A DNA stretch of 64,000 bases from Camelus dromedarius (Eukaryota), in the NCBI RefSeq assembly GCF_036321535.1, contig NC_087447.1, positions 49,540,001 through 49,604,000 of the forward strand, read 5' to 3'. Below are positions 14,056 to 27,118 of this stretch, one piece after another; positions within the stretch are counted from its first letter, which is position 1, and each line of letters opens with the position of its first letter. The notes beneath the pieces are model-generated. The model was not told where the DNA came from, did no database searches, and was given only the letters and a program-made list of their open reading frames with translations. Position numbers and translations under genes: made by a program.

Positions 14056-17000
14056 TCACATCACCATCACAGTATTATTAAATGAGCATGTGGACGCATT
14101 TTACAAACTGTAAAATGTGATGCGATGGTAGGTATTGTTTGTAACTATTACTGTGACATGTTAAAGATTCAGAGGGGGTGTGATCAGAGGGCTAGGTAAT
14201 CCAGGAATGTTTCTGGGGGAATTTATGACCTGAGTTGGGCCCTGTCAGACAGGGAGGTGAGCTGAGAAAAAGGCGGTATGGATGGTGTGGATGATGGGAG
14301 GAACCCTTTAAATAAAGGGGCCACAGGTGATGTGTTTAGGAGATAATGACGAGCAATGACCAGGAGTCCACACAGTGGCTGCGGTGGGCAAAGCCTTGAA
14401 TGTACAACAAAGAGACCTGGTCTCCATCTTACTGGCAAGGAGTCACAAGGGGCTCTGAATGGGGACCTCATGATGCTTTCTGCAGTGTGAATTCTGTCTG
14501 ACGCTCAAAGTCCTCAACCATCTGATCACCCATCCCTCTTCTCCAAACCCCCTTCTAACCCCACAGATCCATTATCACCCCGGAGTTCTTCCCACTTCCC
14601 TGCTTATTACACTTTCCCATCTTCCCTGCCATTAGCCCACCTCATGGTTCATGTTCACCGTGAAGCACCCTTTCATTAAGTGCCTATCGTGCCATCTGCT
14701 TTACATATATGACCTCACAGTCACCATAACTACCCTCACTTTACAGAGGAACCTGAGGCCTGGCAGGGTCAGGTGTCCTGCTCACAGTCTCACAGTGGGT
14801 AAGTGGCACAGCCAGGATTCTATCTTGAACTGTCAGGACCACTACTCTCTAGCCCCAGCCCAGGCACCTTTCTCCTTAATAAAGCCTTCCTGGTTACTCC
14901 AGTCCCTAAGAGCCTCCTCTCCTCACAACCCCTCCCCATTCATTTGGAATCAGAGGCCCACAGCTTGATCCTTGTTCTTCTAGCTTGGTTTTCATTGTTT
15001 CCCGTCAGTCCACCTTGCCCCTGATAAGAGAGCTGGGGTGGATAACAGGTCACTTTCTTCCTATCCCTCCTTCCCCTGTATCTAAGACTTCTAGCACTAA
15101 CAGGAACCACCTGCCTCCTCTGGTGGGATTCAGAAGCTCAGCTGAACATAGAGTAATTTCCCTGAGACTGCCTCCCAGTGAGGGGAGCCATAAATTATTC
15201 ACTGCACCTTTGTGCCTAGGGAGGCCAGAGGGAATGAACACCAGTTCCCCACAACCCCAAAGGAAGCCAGCAGCCCTGGGGTGGGGGGCCAGAATCCAGA
15301 GCCCCTTGCCAGGGTCCCCAGGCAGATTCTAGAGGACTGTGGGACCAGGGACGTGGTACAAGGGAGCCTGACCCATACAGGGGTCTCAGCTGAACAAACC
15401 AGGCCTTTGAACCTGTAACAGTAGCTTGCATTCCAATCTAAGGCAAATCTTAGAATGTCCCAGGATTTCCTGATCAAAATTCAAGCTTCCTTGTCTTCTA
15501 GGGAAGGAAACAGATATTTGGTCACACACTGTATATTTATATCTCATTTAAACCTCACAACAACCTTGTTAAGGAGGAATTCTAATTTATAGAGAAGCAG
15601 CTGGGGCTCAGAGGAGTGAAGTGACTTGCCCAACGCCACATGGCCAGTGGGAGGAATCAAAGCAGATGTATGCCGCCTGGTCCGCTGACTCACCGCGGCT
15701 AGCCCAAGCCGCTTAGCGCACTCCATTGAGAGCTAGTCACCACACTGCCTTTTCCATCTGGGTAACTTCCAGGGCACCTTAGTCGGCACTCAATTCCTGA
15801 AGCAAACTCAAAAGGCCCTGAGCAGGTGGTTTCAACCTCTCTGAGCCTCAGTTTCCCACACGAGGTAGCCATTAATAACAAGCCCAGTCTTGGTAAACAC
15901 ACACAAAAAAACTCTTCAGCACTTGACAGTGTGTTGGATGTGATGGTCCCATTATCTGAGCAAGTAACACACAGCCTGCCTTGACCCCATTTAACAGGTG
16001 AGGCTTGGAGCCATAGATGGATCCAAGAGGTCCCAGATGGCCCTCCAGCCCTGTTCTGCCTCACTCCAGATTCCCACCACACCATGAAACGAGATCACAG
16101 GTGTGAAATTATCTCATCAAAGAGGAGCTTTGTTTAGTTGCAGGGATTATTATGAGAATTTGAATCCCCATGGATGGTGGTGATATTGGGGGAATCCCAA
16201 GTCCCTCAGTCACTTTCTCTTCTGGTTCCCCCCACCCCCTCACCCCCAGGGACTGAGCTTCCAGGCTTCAGCTGACCTCTCCACCCTCCCCCACCTCCCA
16301 GGGGCTTTCCAAGGTGGTTTCCCCTAGACTCCAGGAAGCTGGGCAAAGCAGGGATTAACTAGTCCCAGCCAAGGCCACAGGGCTCAGACAGAGGCCACGT
16401 TCCCCCTCACCCCTGAACAACAGCCCACAGAGGCCATGCCAAGCTCTCTTTCACAACACTCCTCTCTCTGTACAGCCCCAGGGTGCAAGAGAAGTAGTCC
16501 CTGCTTGGGAATCCAGACACCAGAGACTGTGCCCCCAGCCCTGAGGTCTTGTGCAAGCCCCTCCCCTCCTGGACCAGAGGTGTCTTGCAGGTTCCCCTGC
16601 CCCGGAGAGGCTGAGGTCAGACCCTTAGTCTGGGGCAAAGGCTGTGGGGCTGCTGGGATGTCTGACGCCCCAGCACCAACCACACAGACTCTCACAACAG
16701 CTTCATACATGGTCACCCAGACCTCACATCAGGGGTGGGGAAAGCCCCAGCCACCCACCCAGAAGACGCTAACTAGGGAGGTGGGTGGACACCTTGAAAG
16801 ATGTTTGGGAAGGTTTTCTCAAGTGTACTTCTGGTTCAATTACTCACTCACTTTAGGACCCCAACAATTGCCCTGAGCCCAGGCCTCAGTGTCCCCCTTA
16901 CTATTGTGAAGGATGTGAGCTGCGGAGTGCTGAGGGGGCTCATCTCCAGTTCTGATGGGCTCTGACTTGGGGTCCTCTACAGAGTGTTCTCCCAGCAGAT

Positions 17001-17439
17001 AAGCAGAGTCTCAGGGCCTCCGGAGTGTCTTAGAGACACTGGAGTCTGGCACACAGGGGAAGGGGCAGCTGCTCTCGGACAGGGAGGCTTCTCACCTCTG
17101 CTCTCAACTCTGGGTCATCTTTCCCGGGAGGTGAAATGGCCATGGAGTGGGAGGGAAAGAGGCCAGAGGAAACCACTTCCCCAGCCTCAGGATCAGCTCT
17201 CAGATGCCCCAGTGGCCCCACCTTGACACCTCCCCTCTACCTCCTGCCTGGCGGCTCAGCACGTCCTTTCTTTTCCTCCCCACTCTCCGCTCCTTTCCCT
17301 CTCCAGTCTAACAGTCAATCCTCCCCAGTCTCAGCCTGAGTGAAAAGGGCAGATCACTCAACCCTGCTGAAACTGTTTCCCCATCTATAAGCACACAGCA
17401 CCTTTTATCTCACGGAGTAGTAGCGAGACATTTGAGGGA

Positions 17440-18620
17440 TTATTTGCGCAAGGGTGGGGCGCGGACCCACACACAATGGGCGTTCAATATGTGCCCGTTT
17501 TCTCCCTTTCCCCGCTCCCTTTCCTAAGCCCCCTCCTAGCCAGTTCCAGCTGCAGCTGTGCCCCGCGCACGCCCGCAGGTGGCCCAGGCGCTACCCGGAT
17601 GGGGTCGGAGACCGCCCTTGCCCGGCATCCGGGGCTCTCTCACCTGCAGCTTTCGGCTCTCTCCTGTGTTTTCTTCGGAGCAATCGCTCAGCCCTCAAAC
17701 TGGGGCAGCAGGAAGGCGGCAGCTCTGGCTCGCAGCACCAGCCTGGTCCGGTTCAGTCCGACTGGGACCCCTCACAGTGCTCTGAACGGGGACTGGGGCT
17801 TCCCGGACGTTCGCACGGTCCCAAGTCCTAAGCACCGAGTCGGAGGCAGCTTAAGGTTAGGGTTTCGGCGAACCAGAGTCTGGGGGCGTCAGGGCTCCTT
17901 TGCACTCTGCCTTAACCCTGGGCGGAGGGCCGGGGGCTCCGACACACACTACAGAAAGGCTGGGAACGAGCCCGTAACCATGGAGCCGTATGGTGGGCCA
18001 AGAGCGTCCCGCCCCGGTGCACTGGATCAGGGTCAGGGGCTCGGGGCGTCCCGGCTACACGACCAGGACCGCGGACCAGGGAGCGTCCCGGCGGAACCCG
18101 GGGCTGGGGCAGGCAGGGCAGGGCGCCGGCAAAAAGGCTCGGAGCCGCGGCGGCCGGCGCCCGGCGGGTAAGTCTTCCTAGGTCCGGACTCGGCTCGCTC
18201 TGCGAAGTGGGGCGGTCCTCGGCGTGGCAGCTGAGTCCAGAGCTCCAGGTCGCGGCTCCACTTCCTTCTCTTTCTCCGGCTCTCTCGCCGCTCGCTCAGT
18301 CTCGCGCCGCAGCGGCTACCACAGCCGCTGTCATCCCTGCCGCCCACCCCCAACAGGAGCTGCAGCTCGAACCTGAGCCGAGCTGAGCCGAGGCAGCGCC
18401 GCCCAACGCCGGGGCTCCCGAGTGGGGCGGAACCAGCCCGCGGCCCCGCCCCACCCGGGCTACAGGCAAGGGGCGGGGCACGCTCCAGATCCCCTTCCCT
18501 GGTCCCGCGCCGTCGGGCAGCGGGAGCCAATCGGAGAGTGGGAAAGGAGCGGAGCTCTGCGGAACTTGGACTCTACCTCCGAGAGGGCGGGCCATAAATG
18601 GAGAGGTGCGGCTGGACAGA
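17440..18620. promoter_or_regulatory. CpG island promoter (probably GDPD5 on the minus strand; possibly bidirectional)
   Basis: Very CpG-rich. GC boxes cluster at 18424-18478, and an NF-Y-type AGCCAATCGG lies at 18525-18534. The gene assignment rests on recalled synteny only. Confidence 0.85.
17644..18425 (-). other. GDPD5: Putative non-coding first exon of GDPD5 (start approximate)
   Basis: Strong minus-strand donor CAG|GTGAGA (plus-strand tctcac|ctg, 17638-17646) near the island edge, downstream (minus sense) of the GC/CCAAT boxes. GDPD5 lies head-to-head upstream of SERPINH1 in mammals (recalled). No GDPD5 coding sequence is visible in the window. Confidence 0.5.
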
Positions 18621-21329
18621 GGACAATGAGGGGGAGAGGGGGTTAAAGAGCTGAGCGGGGGATCCGGATGTAGGGAGAGGTGGGGTGCTGCCACGGAGGT
18701 GGAGGAGTCATGGGGTAGGAACAGGGGTCGGGGTAGGAAAAAGCAGGGTGGAGGCTAGGTGAGTTATCGGCCTTCGGGACTGGTGGGACACACCCTCGCG
18801 GTACTCCTCTCCCTCCCCAGCTTCTAGGGCTTAACGCAAGGTGAGTATTGGATGGCATGAAATATTCAAATTTCAGGAATCGGTGAAAAATAAGTTTGGA
18901 AACAAAGAGCAGATCTTTCTTCAACATTTCCCCATTCCCAGCGCCCATCCGCGGGGAAGAGCGTCGCTGTCAGTTCTAAAAATAAGAAACCAAGAGCAGA
19001 GGTGTGTGAGGACCACACACACAAACAAACACACACACACACATTCTCGCGCTCTCTCTCCTTGTCTCGGTTTCTGCCGTGTGCTCCCTCCCCTCCCCTC
19101 GAGCCTTCAGGCAGGAGCTGTGTCTGATGTAGCTCTGAGTTCCCAGACCCCAGCACCCTGCGCAGGGCGGGGCACAGAGCAGATCTTGGAGGGTTTTGAT
19201 GTATGAATAAATGAGTTGAATGTCCTGCAGGGGCCATGTGAAAGCCACTAATTGGCCTGGGGAGCAAAGGAATGGAGCCTGCACAGTACAGGTTTTCTGC
19301 AGGCCTTACCAGCAACCTTATGCAATAGGTACCCCATTTCACTGATGAGGCCACCAAAACAGAGTGGCCAAGTGATGATCCCAAGACCATAGAGCTCACA
19401 TAGGATTCCATTCTCTCATCACTATCACATTCTTGGGCAAAGCTGTGTGGGTTTGAACTGGTTACTCAACCTCTCTGAGCCTCTGGTTCCTCATCTGTAA
19501 AAGGGAAATAAAGATGTTGCTACTTGGCAGGGACTGGGTGAGCACCAGGCTTCAGAGGGTGGAGGGAAGTGTTCTCGTGGCAGAGGAAATAGCATGTGTA
19601 AAAGCAGGCAGTCTGAGAGAACACTTCTGGGGACCCGTGGCCTATTATGGGGGCATTAAGAGAGGCTTCCCTCAGGGAGTGACAGGCTGCCTCAGGCCCG
19701 AAGCAGGGGTTAGCTAGCTTAGGAGGGAGTCTCAGGGAATGGATAGTGCCCTGTCTGGGCAGAGGCTAGCCTGGGCAAATCCCTGGAGGTGAGGGAGAGC
19801 ACTGCTCTGTTGAAGAACCCAGACAAGTTCAGGGTAGTTGAAGCTCCCAGAGAAAAAAGAGCAGAACAGATGGGAAGAGGTAGGCGGAGCTGGAGAGTTT
19901 CAGACTTTTTTCTAAGGGCCAAGAACTCTCTTGGGGTCTTGCTTGTGTGCCTGACCCAACAGGGTTTTGCTGAAGCCCCAGCCTTGAAGCCCCTAAGCCA
20001 TTGGTTACCAGAAGAGCACCCTGGGAAGTTTTTAAGCCAGGCATTGATATGGGAAAGATAGCACTTTGTAGGGAAACCAAATAGCATGAAAACACTTAAA
20101 GCCCACAAGAGGCAAATAGTGTGGGGCAAGAGGTGTGAAGGGTTGGAGTCCTCCATGAGGCCTGGACCTAGAGTGCCTTAGAGTTGGGTTAGGAGAACAA
20201 GGAAGAGAGTGAGCTGGAGGCTGAAGCCCAGGCTCTGAGTAGGGGTGGAGGATGTTGGGGGAGGGGATATACCCTCTCCTGGCCAAGCCCAGGGTTGGGG
20301 GTGGGGAGGTTGGCCCCAGGAAACTCACACTGGTGGCTGTGGCCAGAGGGCTTGTATTTTGCCTTACATGTTGAGCTTGGTTATGGTGCAAAGAAACGTT
20401 GTGACTTCTCCCTCTCCTTAGAAATTCTGTGGCTCCCAGTCGCCAGCATGATCAGGTCCTAGGTCCCTAGCCCAGTGTTCCATCCCCTCCATTATTGCTC
20501 CTCTCAATCCCAATAGCCTCATCTCCCAATCACTTCCCTCTCCCCTTACACCAAGCTTCTCCCAGCATCACCCATAAGCAGGATACAGTCTCTCCCCTCC
20601 ATATGGTTGCTCCTGTTTGTCTGGGGGTCCAGGTTCCCATTCTCTCTTGAGTTAATTCCTGCTTCCCTATTAGAGTGAAGGGAAGAAACTTTGGGGCAAA
20701 TACTTCATCTGTCTTCTTCTGCTGTATCCTCAGAGCCCAGCACAGAATCTGGCATGTAATAGGTGCTCGGTAAATAATTGTCGAATAGATGCGCCATCTC
20801 TCAAATCAAGTGTTTCCTCCTTTGGAAAGCCTTCCTCAATTCCCCCAGGAAGTCCACCTTTGGTCTGGGATCTCTCAGCTTGAAGTCTCTGTAATCAGGT
20901 ATTTCGTGTCTAGTTGGCCCCACTGGGCCAGGAGCTCCTCCGTGGCCATGCGCCTCTACCCACCACCACCCCGCAGAGAGCTGGGCTGGCCTCTTAAGAC
21001 CTCAGCATTGGGAGATGAATGAGGCTCTCAGAGAGCTGTTCTTTGGCCGCCCCTGCTGTGGGAGCCTCTGAAGCAGGTCAGATGAGCAGAATGCCTGCAT
21101 GAAAAGGAGGCTTTCAGAACAGACCCTCCATGACCCCTGAGGCCTGGGAGAGAAGTGCCCAAGGTCACCTTCAGCACACAGTTTTCAGACGCCCACATTC
21201 ACCCTCTGACTACCCTCGCCGGGGGAGGAAATCTCCTGACCTGGGAGAATCAGGCCTTTTTGCGGCCAGAGAGACCTACAAAGCGTGGCAGAAGCATGGT
21301 CATGGTGGCTTGTCTGAGGATGACTGAGG

Positions 21330-21592
21330 GCTCAGAGGTCGGCTCTGAACCTGGGCCTCAGGGCAGACAGGAAAGGCTAGCTTTGTCAGCCTGGTGCCCT
21401 GCTCCTCCGCTCCGAGAACCTCACCCTCCACATGTTCTTCTGACCTCACTTTCTTCTGCTGCAAGCTCCTTCCCTTTCTCAATTCAAATAAACATTCACT
21501 TTCCTGCCTACATTTACATTAGGAATTTTGCATTCTTTTTCTTAAACAGGTCCACCAAATTGTATTAGACTTTATACCCCATGAGATCTGCT
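21330..21592 (+). mobile_element. Old hAT-Tip100 element (Arthur1-like)
   Basis: AATTTTGCATTCTTTTTCTTAAA...CCAAATTGTAT...CCCCATGAGATCTG. The family name is uncertain. Confidence 0.45.
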
Positions 21593-22074
21593 TGCAACAA
21601 ATCCTTACGCTGCACCCATCAGGTGCAGGCACTGTGCTAGGTGCAGACAGACATGGCCCTCCCCTCCCACAGCCCATGGCCTGGTAGGGTCAGTAGGCTC
21701 AGCTGAGCTCGGCCCTCACACTCTGTCCTGCTTTCCTACCTCTGCCAGCCTGGAATCCTTTCTCCAGTTGTCCTGCCTGCATGCACCCACTCAGCCATTG
21801 GACTTTTCTCCAGCCCTCAAGGCCCAATACGCAAGTTGTCCCCTCTGAGAAGCCTGTCTGACTTTTCCAGAGGGAAGCACGGCATCGTCCCATGGAGCTG
21901 GTGACGCCGCAGCTCTTTATGCCTCTCCTGGGACTCTAATTGGCTTAGATCTTGAGCTGTATGTGGATCAGTTTTTCCCACTGGAGTGTGAGCTTCTAGA
22001 GGGCAAGGGATGGAATCTTGCTTCTCTCTGTGTCCCCTTTTCAGCCCACATTTACCAATAATTCTTAGGCTGGA

Positions 22075-22860
22075 CAAACAGTGAATGCTGGAGAGGCTGT
22101 GGAGAAAAGGGAGCCCTCCTACACTGTTGGTGGGACTGTAATTTGGTGTAGCCATTATAGAAAAGAGTATGGAGATTCCTTAAAAAACTAAAATTAGAAT
22201 TACCATATGATCCAGCAGTCCCACTCCTGGGCATACAAGCAGAGAAAACTCTAATTCAAAAAGATTCATGCACCCCAATGTTCATAGCAGCACTATGTAC
22301 AACAGCCAGGACAAGGAAGCAATCTAAATGTCCATCGACAGAGGAATGGATAAAGAAGATGTGGTATATATAGACAGACAATGGAATACTACTTAGCCAT
22401 AAAAAAGAATAAAATAGTGCCATTTGCAGCAATATGGATGGACCTAGAGATCATCATTCCAAGTGAAGTAAGTAAGCCAGACAAAGACAAATACCATGTG
22501 ATATCACTTACATGTAGAATCTAAAAAAAAAGACACAATTGAGCTTATTTACAAAACAAAAACAGATTCACAGACACGGAAAACAAACTTATGGTTACCA
22601 GGGTAGTAAGGGGATGGAAAGGGATAAACTGGGAGTTTGAGATTTGCAGATACTAACTACTATATATATATAATAGATAAACAACAAGCTCATACTATAT
22701 AGCACAGGGAACTATACTGAATATCCTGTAGTAACCTATAATGAAAAAGAATATGAAAAGGAATATATTTATGTACATATATAACTGAAACATTATGTTA
22801 TATACCAGAAACTGATGCAATATTGTAAACTGGTTATACTTCAATAAAAAAAATAGGAAA
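22075..22860 (+). mobile_element. 5'-truncated LINE-1 (end of ORF2, 3' UTR and A tail)
   Basis: Typical L1 motifs (GGAGAAAAGGGA...CTACACTGTTGGTGGG, ATGTCCATCGACAGAGGAATGGATAAAGAAG), ending CTTCAATAAAAAAA. Perfect 18-bp TSD aataattcttaggctgga at 22057-22074 and 22861-22878. Confidence 0.95.
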
Positions 22861-22997
22861 AATAATTCTTAGGCTGGATGAAGTCCTAGACCAAACATTG
22901 GGCATCTAGGATGGAACAATCAGGAAGAACCTGCCCTTGACATCAAAGAGCCCCCAGTCTCAGGGCCGTCTGCTCCATGAACACAGCGAGGCTGCCT

Positions 22998-23051
22998 GGG
23001 AGAAGGCAGGGAGAAGGCAAGGCAGGGAGAAGGCAGGGAGAAGGCAGGGCA
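22998..23051 (+). repeat. Short minisatellite with 11-bp unit GGGAGAAGGCA
   Basis: Four full units plus partial AGGCA/GGGCA units. Confidence 0.9.
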
Positions 23052-23209
23052 GGGTCATGGCGGCTTCACAGGGAAGGTGACACTTGAGGCAGACGGAACA
23101 CTGAGCACAAAGGGATGAAAATGGGAACAGGCAGGTGATGGACAAGAAGTTCAGTCTGTTGGGGGAATGGGAATGACACAGGAAAGAAGAAATTGAGGTT
23201 GCACTTGGA

Positions 23210-23420
23210 GCAGTTAGAGCACAGACTCTGGACCACATGGTGGGGGTCTGCACCCTGGCTCTGCCATCACTAACTCTGTCATCACTCTGTGCCTCGGTCT
23301 CCCCATCTGTAAAGTGGGAATAATACTAGTGCCTATTTCGTAGTCTATTTATAAGGATTAAATGAGTTAATTCTATAAAAGCTTAGGGTAGTGTTGGTAC
23401 ATGATAAGCCCCACTGTGAG
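23210..23420 (+). mobile_element. MIR SINE
   Basis: AGAGCACAGACTCTGG...CTCTGTGCCTCGGTCTCCCCATCTGTAAAGTGGG...GGATTAAATGAGTTAAT. Confidence 0.8.
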
Positions 23421-25099
23421 TGTCTGATAAATAGGATGGAGCTGGAGGGACCGGCATCGGCCATACTAGGTGGAGTTTTGAGTTTGGTCTTTGTATTCAG
23501 AGAGCATCAGAGTGTTAACAAGTGAGGAGGGGGGTGAAAGGGAGGAGGCGGCTTGGCTTAGGTCCAGCCTCGCTCCTCCCAGCCCATGAATACCCAGAGG
23601 GCCTCCTGCTGGCCCCAGCCCTGCCTGCCTCTCCCCACCCCTGGCCTTCCAGGGCCCCCTGTGGCCCTGTGGCATCAATCGATGTATAGGAGACTGTAGG
23701 GGCTGGGGCCACCCCCACCAAGGCACAACTGCGGAAAATTTATGGCCCAATTACTTGCCACAAGAGGTCAAGGAGGGGCCCTGAGGAGGTCCAGGGCATA
23801 TGGCCCTGGCTGGGCTGAAAGGATAGTGAGACTGGATATGAGTGTGCTGAGTGGGGAATGGATTGAGGTGGGGATAGGGGTACAAAATCACTGGCTGGGA
23901 CTGGAGGTGAAGTTGGGTGCAGGACACTTGGGGACTGATGCTGAGGGTTCAAGAGCTGGATGTGCTTCCTGGCCCAGCCACCTCCCTCTCTATGCCTCCG
24001 CTTCCCGGTGAGTAAAATGGAGCCGAGAATAGCGGCCCCTCAAAGGTGGTGCGGACGGGAGGAGGGGCAGGGCTCAGTCACCAGGCCCGAGGTAGCATGG
24101 AGAGTGTATGGACACCAAAATCAGTTCTGTGGAACCGAGGCAGGAAGGCCCAGAGTGTCTGCGGCTGCAGAGGTGGTGTGGGACGTGTCACACGTCTTTG
24201 TCATTGTGTTTGGCTTCCATGCTGAGGGCGGGGGGACCCTGGGAGGGTCTAAGCTGGGTTTGCTCTTTAGAGGGAGGCCTGGCCACCATCTGGAGAAGAG
24301 ACTGAGGCAGGGAGGCCAGCCAGAGCCTGTTTTGAGAGTCCACGTAACAAGGAGAGATGAGGGTCTGAACCTGGGCCCTGGCCGTGGGGTGGGGGTAGGT
24401 GGTCAGGATCATGGGGGAAAGAGGCAGGCTAAAGATTGTGTCTCTGTGGAGTAAGAGAGGGTGTGATGGGTCCAGAGCTCAGGAGAGGGGCCAGGTAAGA
24501 GGCCACAGCCTGGGGCAGGCCTTGGGAGGAGGGGTGAGCAGCCCCAGGGAGGGAGTGTGAAACCCACCGGAAGAGGGGTGGGCAGGGGATGGGGCCCAGG
24601 AAAGAGCCAGAGAAGGACTGGCAGCGAAGCAGGGGAGAGAGAGGGTCAGACGCTGAGAGGAGTGAGCAGCAAGGAGAGCTTAACAGGGCCGGGGTACCGG
24701 GACTGAAGTGTTCTGGGGTCAGTGGTAGGACTGAGGGTGACCCTGGGGGGAGGCGAAGGCAGGAGCAGGGGTGCACTTGGAGCTGGTGTGGCGCCTTCCC
24801 AGGGAGCTGCCAAGGGCATGTGCTGCTGTCAGCTGGAGGAGCAGGCAGAGATGGAGGCTTTTAGAAAGGACTTAAAGCCATGTGCAGGGAGGGGTAAGTG
24901 GTCAGGGAAGAAAGGCAGCATCTCCACTTCCGTGGCTGGGGGGGACCCCAGAGGGGACGGACAGGTAAGGAAGATCAGGCCTGAGGTCTCAGCCAAACAG
25001 GAAGTAAGGTGTCTGCGGTCCAGGGAGAGGGCCAGGTGGAGCGGAGGCTGAGGGAGAGGCACCAAGCTGGGAGCCTTGGCTGTGGAAAGTGGAAAGGAA

Positions 25100-25141
25100 G
25101 GGAAAAGTTAGACTGAGATGGGGAAAAGTTAGACTGGGATG
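25100..25141 (+). repeat. 21-bp tandem duplication
   Basis: GGGAAAAGTTAGACTGAGATG followed by GGGAAAAGTTAGACTGGGATG (1 mismatch). Confidence 0.9.
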
Positions 25142-25627
25142 GGTTATAAATCTGTGGCAGCCCCTTTCCCATGGTGGAGGGGTTCGGGGTGGTTGCTGAA
25201 AATGCCTGTGTCCAATAAAAATGATACCTGGCCCCCATTCTCATTCTCCAGGATCCCTGCTCAGGCTCCAGTCTTGAAAGGATGGGAGCTTCAGAGTCCT
25301 CTCTGACCCCAGATGCTGCAGGCTCCCTCCCTTCCACCAGGTTTTGCCACCAGCAAATGGGAAATTTGGTAATCACCATGATTCCAAGCTTACCTTTGTA
25401 CCAGCACCTCCCGATGCTCACAAAAGGGGGTGTCTGCGTTGGCTCCATCACCGTCAATTGCCAAGGTCTGTTACCACAAACCCCTTGTCAGATTTACTTT
25501 TGTGTCTCCAGTACCGGGTGTGGAAGCAGGCGTTCCTACCTTTTACAGCCATCATTTGGCTGCGTCTGCTGCCCCCTGCTGTCTCACACTGGTTGGTGCA
25601 GAATAATAATCCTAAAGCTAACACTGG

Positions 25628-27118
25628 CTGGTTCTCAAACCTTTTGGTCTCAGGACCCTTTTTCATATCCTAAAAATTACTGAGGACCCCAAAGAATTCC
25701 TATTTACATATGGCTTATATTGGTATTTACCATATTATAAATTTAAACTGAGACATTTAAAATACTTGTTATTAATTTAAAATAGTAATAACAATCTTAG
25801 TAAATATTAAAGCATTTTTATGAAAAATAACTACATTTTCCAAAACAAAAAGTTAGTGAGAAGAGTGGCATCATTTTACATGTTTAAAAAATTTTGAGGG
25901 GGAGGGTATAGCTCAGTGGTAGAGTGTGTGCTTAACATGCAGTAGGTCCTGGTTCAATCCCCAGTACCTCCATTAAAATAAATTAATTAATTAAAACCTA
26001 ATTACTCCCCCATAAAAAATGATTTATAATTTTTTTTAAATAATAAAAATAAATAAATAAATTGTAATGGTTGCCAAATAGAAAATATATTGTTTTGGTT
26101 GAATATATTGTTTTAACCAATATACTGTTTTGGTCAAAAGTTTACAAAGAAAATACAGGCTTATACTGATGAATTAGAAAAGGGAGGGGTATTTTAATGG
26201 CATTTTCAAATAATTGTGTCTATTCTTTGATACTAACTCAAACTGGTCACATTTCTTGAAGTTTAGCTGCTATTTGAATCTGAAACCACTGGTCTCTTTG
26301 CACTTTGAATGTGTCTTTTACCAATGTGTGATTTTGTAACAGTATTGGCCATTGGGGAAAAACAATGGTTCGCCAAATCATGGAGATCTTTCAAATACTG
26401 ATGAAGTTCAGTACATAATATTAAAAAATCAAATTTGTTAATATAACCACCAAACTCATCAGAAAAGTCTTTTAAGTACTGAGGAGCTGTCATGCTCACA
26501 GTGGTAAACACAAGTTTTCCAAAATTCTAATTTTCATTTGAAAGCTAAATTTTACCATTCGCAACAAATACTGTCAGTTTACTTTGAAATGGCAGACTGA
26601 TTTTATTCATTTTGATAAAATGTCTGCCAGCTACTCAAGTCTGCATAACCATAATTTATCTGTCAGTTATTTCTTTCAAGTAAAAATGGTGTTCCATAAA
26701 AAAAGTGGCTAGTTCAGCTCACAATTCAAACAACTGCACAAATGCTTTTCCCTGAGACAACCGCTGCACTTCTGTCTGCAGCAGAAGTGCCATGTGGTGC
26801 TTACTGACCATTCTGTCACACAGAATATTAACAAGTGCATTTAAGAATCAATATAGAGTGAATTAAAACATTTGTATTGCTTCATCAATGACTTTCTGGG
26901 GTGATACTGGTAGTGTTTTACTGTGCGGGAGTGGCCGCAGAGAATACAACAACTTCTTGTACAGCTTGGAGCTGCTGCTCTGATTTTTGCTGAGGATGTT
27001 AGCCGTTTTACTGCCATTGCTTTGGCATCATTGTGAAATGCCACCCCAGTGAAAAAGACAAATGACACCTCATTGTGAAAAGAGTAAGGACCTCAGAGAC
27101 CACTCCCTGAAAGGGTCT
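25628..27118 (-). mobile_element. hAT-Charlie1-type DNA transposon relic (Charlie1a-like) with degraded transposase
   Basis: Terminus GGTTCTCAAACCTTTTGGTCTCAGGACCC. The minus-strand ORF remnant 26841-27068 (DAKAMAVK...KIRAAAPSCTRSCCILCGH) resembles the hAT/Charlie DGAxAM...CxxH region. Interrupted by a SINE. Confidence 0.85.
25896..26060 (+). mobile_element. tRNA-derived SINE (camelid Vic-1-like) nested in Charlie1
   Basis: GGGGAGGGTATAGCTCAGTGGTAGAG...GGTTCAATCCCCAGTACCTCC...AACCTAATTAC, then an AT-rich tail. Same family as the 5.4 kb and 38.4 kb copies. Confidence 0.9.

Noticed and set aside
1..17400. Possible GDPD5 coding exons among the many short ORFs
   Set aside because: No ORF resembles a glycerophosphodiesterase or its membrane segments. 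The region looks intronic and is rich in MIR/L2.
25896..25972. tRNA-like sequence (also at about 5.4 kb and 38.4 kb)
   Set aside because: These are SINE heads with A-rich tails and, for two copies, TSDs. The stems are degenerate, so they are not tRNA genes.
26263..27068. Transposase-like ORFs as an active or domesticated gene
   Set aside because: They are short, fragmented and frameshifted remnants of a Charlie1-type element.
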